Shown in pieces: positions 1 to 9,903 of a stretch of DNA of 24,875 nt. The DNA is from an uncultured delta proteobacterium. GTDB taxonomy: Bacteria > Desulfobacterota > WTBG01 > CAIYCZ01. Each line of letters begins with the position of its first letter. Position 1 is the stretch's first letter. The notes beneath the pieces were generated by a model. The model saw only the letters and a list, made by a program, of their open reading frames with translations. It searched no databases and was not told where the DNA came from. The DNA lies in assembly GCA_963803975.1 (NCBI GenBank), contig CAWDOY010000033.1, forward strand, positions 1 through 24,875, in the 5' to 3' direction. Position numbers and translations under genes: made by a program.

Positions 1-8
1 CTCCCCCT

Positions 9-1456
9 TCATCTTTTGATTGATGGTATGGCCGCCAGCACCTTGAGGGACGCCTGCTGTTCCACTTCCTCCGGCTTGCTGAAGGTGTGGCTGAAATATT
101 CCAAAGAAAACGCAAGCCCGATGCTGGCAAATCCCCCCAGGAGAATTGAAAGAATAATATTTAAGAGAATTTTCGGCTTAACCGGCTTCAGGGGCGGCAG
201 CGCCGGATCAACCACGCTGATGTTCGCGAGCTTCTGGCTGTCCATGGCGTTTGATATGCGGGCCTCTTCCATCTTCTTCAAATAGAGCTGGTAGTTGTCC
301 TCGTTTATTTTTACCTGGCGCTCAAGCTCGCCCAGGCGCATCTCGGCGCTGTTGATCTTGTTGAGCTCTGCCTGGTAGGTTGTCAGGTGCTGCTGCTGGC
401 TTGTCTCTTTGGCCTTGAGAGCGCTTATATTCTGGCTGATGCTTGACACTGCTTTTCCGTGGTAGGTTTTTTCCTCTTTATCAAGGAGCTGTTTCGCCCG
501 CGCGATTTCCTGCCGGATCTTCACCACCGGGATGCTCTGCTCGTTGTAGCTGCCCAGGAGCTTTTCTTCCTGCAGCTTCAGCTCGGAAACCTTGTTCCTG
601 ATAACACTCATTGATTGCGGGTTAAAGTCTGTCTCCTGGCCCATGCTGCCGGGCTCTGAACCAGTTGACTGTTGGGATTTCAATGCCCGTATCCTGCCGG
701 CGTTTTCATTCAGCTCGCCCTGGTTTTTTGCCAGCTCGGTTTCAATCTCGGCAATCTGCTTTAAGAGCACTGACTTCTGCTCCTGGAGCGCGACGATGTT
801 ATTGCTGCTTTTAAAAGCCTTGAGCTCTTCCTCCGAGTCTTTGAGCTTTTTTTCGCAGAGATTGACCTGCTCAATAAAAAAGCCGTATTCGCCTGATTCC
901 TTGTAGACACTTGATGTGGTGCTCAAGGAATACCGCCACCAGCTTGTTTACCACCCGGGCAGCAACAGCAGGGTCCTTGTGCTGAAACCGGATATCAATG
1001 ATATTTGATTTCTTCACCGCTTCAACCGTGAGCTTTTTTTGAAACACCAGCAGCGCCCGGTCAGACGGGGACAGCTTTGCAGGTGCGCCGAATGAAAACG
1101 AGCGGCTTCTCCAGCAGCTCCGGATAGAGCGCCTCCAGCCCGATGTCGCGGATGACCTTTTCCGCGAGGTTGCGGCCGGTGAGCATCTCCACCTCGGAAT
1201 TGAGCCGCTCTTCGCGGGACAGGTCCATGACAAGCGGCGAGCCGCCGCCCGCGGGGGTGGTGGGCGTGTAGACGTTTTCCCGGCCGAATTTGAGCAGTAT
1301 TTTTGAGGTCGCTTCATAGGTAGGCGACATCAGAAACGAGCCGGCAGTCACCGTCAGCACCACGGTAAAGAACAGGGTGCAGATTTTTACCTTATGTTTG
1401 AAGATGATATAAAATATATCCCGCAGCGTGCCCTGGGGCTCAAGCGTGGTGTCCAT
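9..1456 (-). CDS. Polysaccharide chain-length determinant (Wzz/GumC/Wzc-N family), split by two frameshifts
   Basis: ORF pieces 1061..1456 (TLRDIFYIIFKHK, TM segment, PTYEATSKIL), part of 871..1317 (VEAVKKSNIIDIRFQHKDP..AARVVN) and 9..926 (coiled coil, NISVVDPALPP.KP.KP, C-terminal TM) join into one Wzz/GumC-type protein; downstream of a Wza-like gene. Confidence 0.88.
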
Positions 1457-1460
1457 GAAT

Positions 1461-2239
1461 TTATTGGCCTATTTTGTAGGTGGTAGCCCTGGTCAGCATG
1501 GAATACGTTGTTGTTGTTGCTGGTGCTTATTTTCTCTTTGTGGAGCTCATATGGAAAGCTGACATAGACATTGCGCGGGATCAGGTTATAGATGTGGGCC
1601 ATGAATTCATCAGCCTGCGCGAGCTCGGTCTTGGGAACATAGACCATGTCAAAGGGCTTGAGGGTAAAGTCCTCGCCGGTTGCCTCGCCGCTTAGCACCT
1701 TCTTTAAATCAACCTTGCGCGCTATTGGGCTGGTTGTCTTTGCCCTTGCTGATGATCATGACGCTTGAAAGTTTCGCGTCCTTGGTGAAGCCGCCGGTAT
1801 TGAATATGGCCTGCATGGCGTCGATCTGCCCGATAACCGTGAGCACCTGCGGTGATTTGACTTCACCGCCCACATAAATACGCTGGCCGCCGAATGCTTT
1901 CACAATGACGGTAATTTTAGGCTGCTTTAACTGGCTGCTGTAGGCCCTGGTGAGTGACTCATCAAGCTGCACAGGGGTGAGCCCGGCAGCCTGCAGCTCA
2001 TCGATTATCTGCAGGGAAATTTTTCCGTCCGGCCTGATGGTCACGTTTTCATTAAGCTCAGGGTTATAATAAAACTTGATATCGAGGTTATCACCGGGCT
2101 GCAGCAAATACGCTTCCTGCCCCTGCTTGTAGACGATTGGCGTTGTGGGCAGTGTAATTGTTTTGTTCTTGCCGGCGCATCCGGCAACAAGTATCGTTAC
2201 CAAGATTATTATATATTTAAGAGCTATTTTATATTTCAT
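1461..2239 (-). CDS. wza: Polysaccharide export lipoprotein (Wza/Poly_export + SLBB), frameshifted; exact 3' end uncertain
   Basis: Lipobox ILVAGC; YLLQPGDNLDIKF; VTIRPDGKISLQ; IYVGGEVKSP; GGFT; continues after a frameshift near 1700 as DFTLKPFDMVYVPKT. Confidence 0.85.
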
Positions 2240-2301
2240 AATAATGTAACCTTTTCTTTTGTTAATTTAAATTATACTATCCAATGTTAGCTAATAGCGT
2301 A

Positions 2302-2329
2302 ATTATAGTAATTATAATCGGAATGTCAA
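2302..2329 (-). promoter_or_regulatory. Sigma70-type promoter for the wza operon
   Basis: Minus strand reads TTGACA-N16-TATAAT, about 60 bp upstream of the wza ATG. Confidence 0.65.
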
Positions 2330-2359
2330 TAAGAATGGTTGAGACATAAAAATGGTTGG

Positions 2360-2410
2360 GGAGTTAAGGAGTTGAGGAGTTAGGGAGTTGGGGAGTTAGG
2401 AAGGAGTTGG
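2360..2410 (+). repeat. 8-bp tandem array (GGAGTTRR) x6, locus A
   Basis: ggagttaa ggagttga ggagttag ggagttgg ggagttag (gaa) ggagttgg. Confidence 0.95.
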
Positions 2411-2507
2411 GGACCACGAATTCACGTTTGCGAGCTAGGTTGACACGCTATACACCTTTCACTTTTCACGGTTACGACGGTGCAGGTCACGGCAAGACGA
2501 GTCGCTG

Positions 2508-2548
2508 AGCAAGCGAGTCACGAGCGACGAGTCACGGCTCACCGGCAG
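2508..2548 (+). repeat. CGAGTCA-type heptamer block, locus A
   Basis: AGCAAGCGAGTCACGAGCGACGAGTCACGGCTCACCGGCAG; shares its start and end with 3881..3984. Confidence 0.85.
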
Positions 2549-2835
2549 GCTATTCACTGTCACGGATCATAGTGTCTTCGGTTGCTTGATGTGCATGAAA
2601 AAGCAAACATCGGTGAAACACACAAACGGTACTATTGGCAAACATCTGCAAATCAAGTATACTGAATGTCAGCATATCAAGCGGGTAAACGCCATGCTGG
2701 ATCTGTATGTCCACATGCTGATAAAAGGCAGAGTCGAGGTAAAAGGGGAGAGGGGAAAAACATTGATGATCGAAAAAATAGACACCCCGGATCACTTCAC
2801 GCTTCTCGGTTCTTATGTTTGCGACGACAATTGCC

Positions 2836-2864
2836 TTGACACACAATAGCCTCTTGCCTATACT
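2836..2864 (+). promoter_or_regulatory. Sigma70-type promoter of the small-protein/nucleotidyltransferase pair
   Basis: TTGACA-N17-TATACT, 40 bp upstream of ATG 2905. Confidence 0.7.
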
Positions 2865-2904
2865 TTTCTCATATAAAGCTCATTTCTTTCAAAAATCTGT
2901 CAAA

Positions 2905-3162
2905 ATGAAAACGCTGCAAAAACAGTCACTGCTTGCTTATCTGCAAGGTCATAAAGAGGCAAATGAACGCATTGCTGCCGAGCGCAAAATGCAACTGGCG
3001 CAATTAACAGAAAATGAAAGTCTGTCCGTATATGACAATCTTTGCAACATGTGGCAGGAAACATCATGCAATGAGGGAATTGACAAGCTTGATGCGCGCA
3101 TGATTGCGTTTCTTATTGCCCGCAGAAAACGTATGAACAAGCACTGTTTACCAAAGCAATGA
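2905..3162 (+). CDS. Small hypothetical protein (85 aa), putative antitoxin partner
   Basis: ATG at 2905 lies after the promoter; stop is 1 nt before the next ATG; looks helical (MKTLQKQSLLAYLQGHKEANERIAAERK...). Confidence 0.65.
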   Translation: MKTLQKQSLLAYLQGHKEANERIAAERKMQLAQLTENESLSVYDNLCNMWQETSCNEGIDKLDARMIAFLIARRKRMNKHCLPKQ

Positions 3163-3163
3163 T

Positions 3164-3730
3164 ATGAATCTGCAATTTGAAGCTGCTCGTGAACTCCACG
3201 CATTTTTTTCATCAAATAATATCAGCTACTGTATTATTGGCGGGATAGCCCTTCAGCACTGGGGGGAACCGCGCTTTACCCAGGATGTTGATGCAACAGT
3301 TCTGATTGCGCTTGGCGAAGAAGACAAGCTGCTTAAAAAAATATTTTCTGCCTTTAAACCGCGCATTACCGATGCATTTGACTTTACCCTTAAAAATCGC
3401 GTATGTCTGGTCTCAAGCTCTCAGGGGTGCCCAATTGATATTTCCTTTGGCATCCCGGGATATGAGGATGAGGTTATGCGTCGCGCTGTGGAGTGCACCA
3501 TCGGAGAAAATGTGGTTATTAGAATATGCTCGGCTGAGGATTTGATTATTCACAAGGCTGTTGCCGGCAGGCCCAAAGACCTTGACGATATTGAAAGTGT
3601 TATCATCCGGATGGCAAAAAAACTGGACGATGACTATATTATGTTATGGCTTCAGCAGTTTGCTGAACTGCTGGAAATGCCTGAAATAACCGATCGCTTT
3701 CAGAAACCATGGAGCATGTTTAATAAATAA
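3164..3730 (+). CDS. Nucleotidyltransferase (AbiEii/DUF6036-like, Pol-beta superfamily), putative toxin
   Basis: IIGGIALQHWGEPRFTQDVD (GG..DxD signature), IDIS, SAEDLIIHKAVAGRPKDLDDI. Confidence 0.82.
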   Translation: MNLQFEAARELHAFFSSNNISYCIIGGIALQHWGEPRFTQDVDATVLIALGEEDKLLKKIFSAFKPRITDAFDFTLKNRVCLVSSSQGCPIDISFGIPGYEDEVMRRAVECTIGENVVIRICSAEDLIIHKAVAGRPKDLDDIESVIIRMAKKLDDDYIMLWLQQFAELLEMPEITDRFQKPWSMFNK

Positions 3731-3741
3731 TCTTTAAATAG

Positions 3742-3804
3742 GGAGTTGGGAGTTAGGGAGTTGAGGAGTTAGGGAGTTGAGGAGTTAAGGAGTTGAGGAG
3801 TAAA
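3742..3804 (+). repeat. 8-bp tandem array (GGAGTTRR) x8, locus B
   Basis: ggagttg ggagttag ggagttga ggagttag ggagttga ggagttaa ggagttga ggagtaaa, starting 11 bp after the NTase stop. Confidence 0.95.
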
Positions 3805-3806
3805 GG

Positions 3807-3876
3807 AGGCACCCGCCTTCGCGTGGCGCTTCTGCGCGGCACACCACCACACCTTCGCGTCACGGCTGACGGCGGC
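3807..3876 (+). repeat. Two degenerate copies of the REP-like CCCGCCTTCGCG...CTACGGCGGG element
   Basis: aggcacccgccttcgcg is identical to 13994..14010; second copy reads caccttcgcgtcacggctgacggcggc. Confidence 0.65.
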
Positions 3877-3880
3877 TCAC

Positions 3881-3984
3881 AGCAAGCGAGTCACGAACGA
3901 CGAGATACAAGTCACTGGTCACGAGTCGACGAGTCACGAGTCACGAGTCACGAGTCACGAGCCACGAGTCACGGCTCACCGCAG
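3881..3984 (+). repeat. 7-bp tandem array (CGAGTCA)n, locus B
   Basis: agcaagcgagtcac... then gagtcac gagtcac gagtcac gagtcac gagccac gagtcac ggctcaccgcag; ends 4 bp from the response-regulator stop. Confidence 0.95.
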
Positions 3985-3988
3985 TGCT

Positions 3989-4633
3989 CTATATCTGCAC
4001 CATGCCTTCTTTGATAGCGTAGCGGATGAGGTCGGCCTGCCGGTGCAGTTTCAGTTTGTTCATGATATTATTTCTGTGGGCGTGCACGGTATGCAGGGAC
4101 AGCTCCAGCTTTTCCGCTATCTCTTTACTGCTGAAGCCCTCTGCCATCATCTGCAGGATGCTTTTTTCCCTGCTGCTCAGTCCTGAAGCATTATTTTTAT
4201 CCGCTATAGTGCCAAGAAAGCCCTCGATGACGAATGACGATATCTTGGGCGTTAAGTAGTATCTGCCCATGTGCACTGCGCTGATTGCAGAGATTATTTC
4301 ATCGGTTGCCGTCTCTTTTAAAACATAACCTTTCGCACCGCTCTGCAGAGCCTTCTCCACATAGGACCGGTCATCATGCATGCTTAAAATAATCACTTTA
4401 CTCGCCGGGTCTCCCTTTATGAGCTGGCTGGTTGTTTCAATGCCGTTTAACAGCGGCATGGAAATATCCAGTATATAAATATCCGCGGGGTTCTTTTTTG
4501 CAATCTTCAGAACTTCATTGCCGTTTGCCGCCTCGCCGATAATTACTATATTCTCACCTTTTTTTTCTATAATGGCTTTTATACCGTCACGAACTATGGA
4601 ATGATCATCTGCGAGGATAACTTTTATTTTCAT
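3989..4633 (-). CDS. NarL/FixJ-family response regulator (REC + LuxR HTH)
   Basis: KVILADDHSIVRDG, ILDISMP, GAKGYVLK, LSSREKSILQMMAEGFSSKEIAEKLELSLHTVHAHRNNIMNKL. Confidence 0.95.
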   Translation of the reverse strand: MKIKVILADDHSIVRDGIKAIIEKKGENIVIIGEAANGNEVLKIAKKNPADIYILDISMPLLNGIETTSQLIKGDPASKVIILSMHDDRSYVEKALQSGAKGYVLKETATDEIISAISAVHMGRYYLTPKISSFVIEGFLGTIADKNNASGLSSREKSILQMMAEGFSSKEIAEKLELSLHTVHAHRNNIMNKLKLHRQADLIRYAIKEGMVQI

Positions 4634-7600
4634 GACTTTTTCCCCCTCCGTTTAGGGATCGTTATATGCAGCGTGGTGCCTTTTTGCGGGGCTGATTCTA
4701 TGATCAGAGTGCCGCCCAAAGCCGCAATCCGCTCGCGCATCCCCTGAATGCCGATTTTGGTTGCCAGCCGTGATGAAGCGGTGAGCGACTCAGGGTTAAA
4801 ACCCCGGCCATTGTCCGCGATTTCAAACAATATGTTGCTTTTCTCTTCATGGAGCCGTATGGACACGGCTTTTGCTTTAGCATGTTTGACAACATTATTC
4901 AAGGCTTCCTGCGCGGTGCGGTACAATACGATCGCCGCGGCATCATCAATTTTTTTGTCCGCCACCCTGGCGCTGAAATCGATGGCGATGTTAGTCTGCC
5001 GCGCGATGTTCAAGAAGAAAAATTTAAGCGCGTTTGACAGGCCGACAATATCCAGATTCGGCGGCCGCAGGTCAATTGCTATCTTTTTTAAATTATCCAC
5101 CGCCTGCTTCAGCGCGGTCTCTGTGCGCTCGATGCTTTTCAGCGCGGGGTCAAGGCTGTTTTCAATAATATCTTCTTTGGCGATGGCGAGGCCGGAGCTG
5201 ATGGCAATCACCATCGATCCGATCTCGTCGTGCAGCGCGCTGGAGATGTTTTTTTTCTCCTCCTCGCGGATCGATAATATCCTGCCGGAAAAGGCCCTGA
5301 GACGTTTTTCTGAATTTTTAAGCTTCAGCTGGTGCTGTTTGAGGTCCTCTAAAACTATTTTGCGCTCCTCCTCAATGCTGATGGCTTGTGCCAGGATGGA
5401 AAAAATATTCAGCTCGTTGGGGCTGAATGTCTTCGGCTCTCGATATGCAACGTTCAAGCTCCCGATGAGGGTATCCCCCAGCATAATAGGGGTAGCGATA
5501 AAATTTTTAAAGCCCAGTTGCAGCATGGGCGAATTTTCAGGAATACGCCGGCGCTCTTTAGGATTGTTTATTACAAACGGGCCGTCTCCATAGTGGGCGC
5601 AGAGCTCATCAAAGCGGCGCGCACTGAGCTGTGGAGCACGCATGTATTCCGCCGGGAGGTTCCATGAGGCTGCTATATACAGAAGATCTCCTCTTTTCTT
5701 ATGGTAGGATGCGCTGGCTCCGTAGAGGATTGTTCCGGCAACTTCGATGATGCTCTGGATGTTTTTATCAGGGTCCGCGGTGAAGCTGAGCAGGCAGGCA
5801 TTTACTCTCTTTATGAGCTCCTCGGCGTGCTTGCGCGGCGAAATATCTTCCGCGATGCTATACATGCCGATTACGTTATCCTGCTCGTCTTTATTGGGGA
5901 CCACTACCAGGTGGGCGGGAAAGAGGCTCCCGTCCTTGCGCCGCAGGTTCAATTCATTATCAAAAATACCCTGGTCAAGTGCAGCGGTAATCACTGCATC
6001 CGCCTCCTTTTGGGACGCGTGCATGGCTGACGGGCTGATTTTATTAATTACTTCTTCCGGCGTATAGCCGAACATCTTCTCGGAGTGCTTGTTCCACAGG
6101 ACAAATTTATATGACTGGTCTGTCGCACCGAGATGAAAGGGCACGTGCTCGGCGGTCAAACGGTATTTCTCTTCGCTCTGCCTGAGCGCGTCTTCAGCCA
6201 GCTTCCGTTCGGTTATATCAACCGCGGTCCCCAGCACCGCTTTTCTGCCATTGTAATCTATGGCAGCTGCAGTGTAATCGACCCAGCGCTCTGCGCCGTT
6301 TTTTGTTTTAATTTTCAGCTCATAACGGGATGGCAGTTCTTCTCCGGCCTGTCGTTCGAGCCCCCACTGTTTTGACTGTTCCCTGAAGTCAGGATGTATA
6401 ATATCCCAGAAGTTCATGCCGAGCAGCTCATCGCGGTCATAGCCGCTGTTTTTTATTGCAGCAGGATTTACATAGACCAGGTTATTGCCCTGATAAATAA
6501 ATATCGAAACAGTGAGATGCTCGGTCATGGTGCGGAATTTTTCTTCGCTTTCTTGCAAGGCTGTCTCGATGGCCTTGCGCTGGGTGATGTCACGGGTAAT
6601 CGCACAGAAAAATATTTTATTACTTATCTGCCAGCGTGACAGTGAAATCTCGGTTGAAAACGTGGTGCCGTCTTTGTGACGCCCGAATGCTTCAAAAACA
6701 TGGCCCATCAGCGGAGAAGAACCGGTTGCAACCAAGGTTTGATAGCTTGACTCGTCCTGGGCGCGCAGTTCGTCGGGCACCACAAGAGTGGATTGTTTGT
6801 CCAGCACTTCTTCAGCAGTGTAGCCAAATATAGTTTCCGCGGATTTGTTCCAGAAAACAATCCTGCGGGATTCATCCGTCACAAATATCGCGTCTGTTGC
6901 CGTCTGGGCAAGGTTGCGAAAGCGCTCTTCACTCTCTTGCAATAATATTTCGGCGCGTTTTCTATTGGAAATATCCCTGACCAGGGAGGTGATAAAAACC
7001 CCCTCCCGGGTTTCCCATAACGATACCGAGCCCTCGGCAGGAAACTCGCTGCCGTCTTTTCTGCGCGCGGTCAGCTCCGCGTGCATGACGATCACCCCGG
7101 GCGTACCGTTCCGCCAGAAATGCAGTGAACTGCTGCCAGTGAGATTCCTGCAGCTGCTCGGGCATAATTTGTATGAATGGCTTGTTCAGCATTTCCCCTG
7201 CGGTATAGCCAAAGATGTTTTCAGCCGCCTTGTTCCACAGGACAATGTTGCCCCTGCTGTCCGCGGTTACGATGGCATCGGAAGCATTTTCAATGACCTG
7301 GCGCAACTGCTCTTCGCTCCGGCGCAGGGCTTCGACGGTTTTATCATGTTCCTCAATTTCTTGCTGCAGCTGCACGTTGAGGGCGGTTAGCTCGGCGGTG
7401 CGCGCAGCCACCTGTTTCTCAAGGTGCTGGCGATATGTATCAAGCTCCGCCTCTGCAGCCTTGCGTTCACTGATATTACGCACTGTCCCCAGTATCACCT
7501 GTTTCCCCGCGTATTCAATAAAACGCCCGCTGATATCCGCCGGCACGAGCGTGCCGTCTTTCTTCAACAGTTGCACATCATTGAGTGACCAGAAGCCCTG

Positions 7601-8724
7601 CGGCAGAAGTGTTGAGGTAACAAAATCGATAATAGTGTTTGGCTCCTGCTCCGGAAGCAGGGCGGCAAAGTTCATGCCCGCAAACTCTTGAGCGGTATAG
7701 CCCAGCAGCGCTTCCGCCTGCCTGTTTGCCTCAAAAATAATCCCCTCAGCATCAGCCAGCAGAATGGCATCAGTTGAATCATTCAGCAGGGTGCGGTATT
7801 TTTCTTCTGATTCCCGCAGCGCGCGTTCGGTCAGTTTCTGGTCGGTAATGTCTTCAGCGATACCGAGAATATAGGGCGGTATGCCCGGCCGGTTTAAAAT
7901 GGGAACCTTTGTAGTCCGGATATCCCGCGTTCCTCGCCGGGGTAGATCAACGGGCTCTGCAGCGATAAAGACCGGCTCGCCGGTGGCTACTGCCTGCCGG
8001 TCTGAAGCGGTGAAGCTGTCAGCTGCAGCACCGCCCAGCACGTCATAATCAGTCTTGCCGATAACCTCCTCTTCCTTCAAGCCGATCAGGGTTTCACAGG
8101 CTTTATTCCAATAAATGTAACGAAATTCGTTTGCCTCTTTGGCGAAAACCTGCACGGGAAGATTTGCCATGAGCGAGTCAAGGAAAACATTGGTCGCCAG
8201 CAGCATTTCCTGGGCCTGCTTGCGCTCGTTGATGTCTCGAATACTGGACCGCAGTCCAAGACATTCACCAGTATCCGAATGAATTGGCTGGTAGGAGAGC
8301 GACACCCATTTTAATGAGCCGTCTTTGCATTTGATTCGGAACTCCACATCATTGTCTGATCAGTCGGAACTTTAATGCCATTTTCAAAATGGGAGAGAAT
8401 CATTTCCCGATCATCATTAAAAATGATTTGCTTTAATCTGTCCGGCATATTGAAATATTCTTCACGGGAATATCCCGTGAGCTTCTCCACCGCTGGATTA
8501 ATCCATACAAGATTCCCGTCAAGACCAACCCAGCTTTCCCAGTCACAGGTGTAGTCTGCGATAATCCTGAAACGCTCTTCGCTTTCCTTTAGTATTTCTA
8601 TTGTCTGCCGGGTTTCACCGGGGCTACCTGCTGATTCCGTCTGCAATACAGGATTGACCTTACGGCGCAGCTCTGCAAGCTCTGCTATGAGCTGCTCTTT
8701 TGTTTTGTCCTGGTCGGGGATCAT
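4630..8724 (-). CDS. Soluble multi-PAS + GAF sensor histidine kinase (HisKA_3/NarX type), two frameshifts
   Basis: ATG 8724 with GGAGA RBS (MIPDQDKTKEQLIAEL); ORF pieces 8311..8790, 6962..8347 and 4630..7095 give seven PAS/PAC repeats (SEE.FR...DIT.RK), a GAF domain, H-box ALHDEIG, QEALNNVVKHA, DNGRGF, GIQGMRER; overlaps the regulator start (ATGA). Confidence 0.9.
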
Positions 8725-8815
8725 AGATGTCTCCAGAAAATTCAGGGTGCATTTATATGACGCAGGCTGAAGCCTGCGGCTATTGGGCATAGTGTCGATT
8801 TATTATTGTCCTTCA

Positions 8816-9445
8816 TTATAAATGCTTTTCATTGTTACCAGCTGCTTGAGTGAAAGAACTCTTTACCAGGGGGGCCAGGAGCAGGCCGATACATTTATAT
8901 CCGGCAACAGATAAATGCACCCCATCGCCTGAGTCATAGATATTTCGCAGATAACCGTGTTCATCCTGCAGCGCTGCAAACCAGTCAGCAAAAAGAACAT
9001 CCGGGTGGTGCTCGGCATAGTTTTTTATTTTATAGTTGAGCGCTTCAACCCTTGTTTCATAGCCGTCAATGCGGATGGGCGGGATGCCCGGCGCGATAAC
9101 CGGAAGGCCCTTTTCCCTGCACGATTCATAGCCCGCCTGGAGGTTATTGAAAATCTGCGCTTCCTCGATCATGCCGAGATCGTTGGTGCCGCCGGCAAGT
9201 ATGACCAGATTGAATGATGAGGTTTTCAGGGCATGCTGAAGCCTTATGACAATACCGCGAGCAGTATCACCGCACATGCCTTCATTGATGAGCTGATAAT
9301 CAGCATCAGGGTGTATGCGCAGCAATTCCTGCTTAAGCCAGAACTGGTATGATGACTCGGGATTGCCGCCCATCATGGGGTCATAATAGGGGAAGCCGGC
9401 AGTATGGGAATCTCCGATACATAAAACAATATATGATTGCGCCAT
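8816..9445 (-). CDS. SGNH/GDSL hydrolase
   Basis: GDSHTAG, INEGMCGD, GGTND and DGVH blocks. Confidence 0.93.
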   Translation of the reverse strand: MAQSYIVLCIGDSHTAGFPYYDPMMGGNPESSYQFWLKQELLRIHPDADYQLINEGMCGDTARGIVIRLQHALKTSSFNLVILAGGTNDLGMIEEAQIFNNLQAGYESCREKGLPVIAPGIPPIRIDGYETRVEALNYKIKNYAEHHPDVLFADWFAALQDEHGYLRNIYDSGDGVHLSVAGYKCIGLLLAPLVKSSFTQAAGNNEKHL

Positions 9446-9526
9446 ATGTATTTTGAAAAACAGCAGATTATTGCCTCGCGGTTGGTGGATGGCATATTAG
9501 CACACGCGGCCCGGGTTTACAATCTA

Positions 9527-9680
9527 ACAGTCTGTTGAAAAACACCCGTCTGCTTCGTTGCGCTCATCCTTCGTCATTGCGACGTACGGTACAGTACGCC
9601 TCATTCCTCTTGATTTCGCGCGCCTTGCATCCGGATGTTTTTGACCAGCCTGGGAAAAAACTACTTTATCAACAACCTGC
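9527..9680. mobile_element. MITE-like non-autonomous element with imperfect terminal inverted repeats, flanked by TA
   Basis: Left end TA|ACAGTCTGTTGAAAAA and right end TTTATCAACAACCTGC|TA (14/18 complementary including TA); an internal second right-end-like copy TTTTTGACCAGCCTG at 9638..9652; no transposase. Confidence 0.65.
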
Positions 9681-9696
9681 TATAGCCACACCGGGC

Positions 9697-9725
9697 TTGA
9701 CTCGAAGGGTGCTTTTGTTTATTGT
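9697..9725 (+). promoter_or_regulatory. Possible sigma70 promoter for the patatin-four-helix-amidohydrolase run
   Basis: TTGACT-N17-TATTGT. Confidence 0.4.
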
Positions 9726-9766
9726 CAGAAAGTAAAAAAACAGGTTAAGGAGTGTGAAGAGTGAAT

Positions 9767-9874
9767 GGTGAATGGGTGAATCGGTGAATGGGTGAATGGG
9801 TGAATGGGTGAATGGGTGAATCGGTGAATGGGTGAACCGGTGAATCTTAGCCTTTTGCCTCTTGCCTTTTTACC
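9767..9874 (+). repeat. 8-bp tandem array (GGTGAATS) x10 followed by a pyrimidine heptamer run (GCCTYTT) x3
   Basis: ggtgaatg/ggtgaatc/ggtgaacc units at 9767..9846; gcctttt gcctctt gcctttt tacc at 9850..9874. Confidence 0.95.
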
Positions 9875-9903
9875 CCATGATTAATGACGGCGACTGATGA
9901 TAA

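Noticed and set aside
2586..2849. 87-aa ORF (and antisense 2550..2846) inside the repeat-bracketed cassette
   Set aside because: No clear RBS or recognisable motif, and it overlaps the downstream promoter; it cannot be supported, though a small gene is not excluded.
3793..4014. ORF with repetitive ESRVTSH peptide
   Set aside because: This is simply the translation of the CGAGTCA array.
4748..7691. Long plus-strand ORFs opposite the kinase (for example 4748..5593 and 6845..7390)
   Set aside because: Antisense shadows of a well-supported gene.
9535..9735. 66-aa ORF
   Set aside because: Read-through of the MITE-like element; not a transposase.
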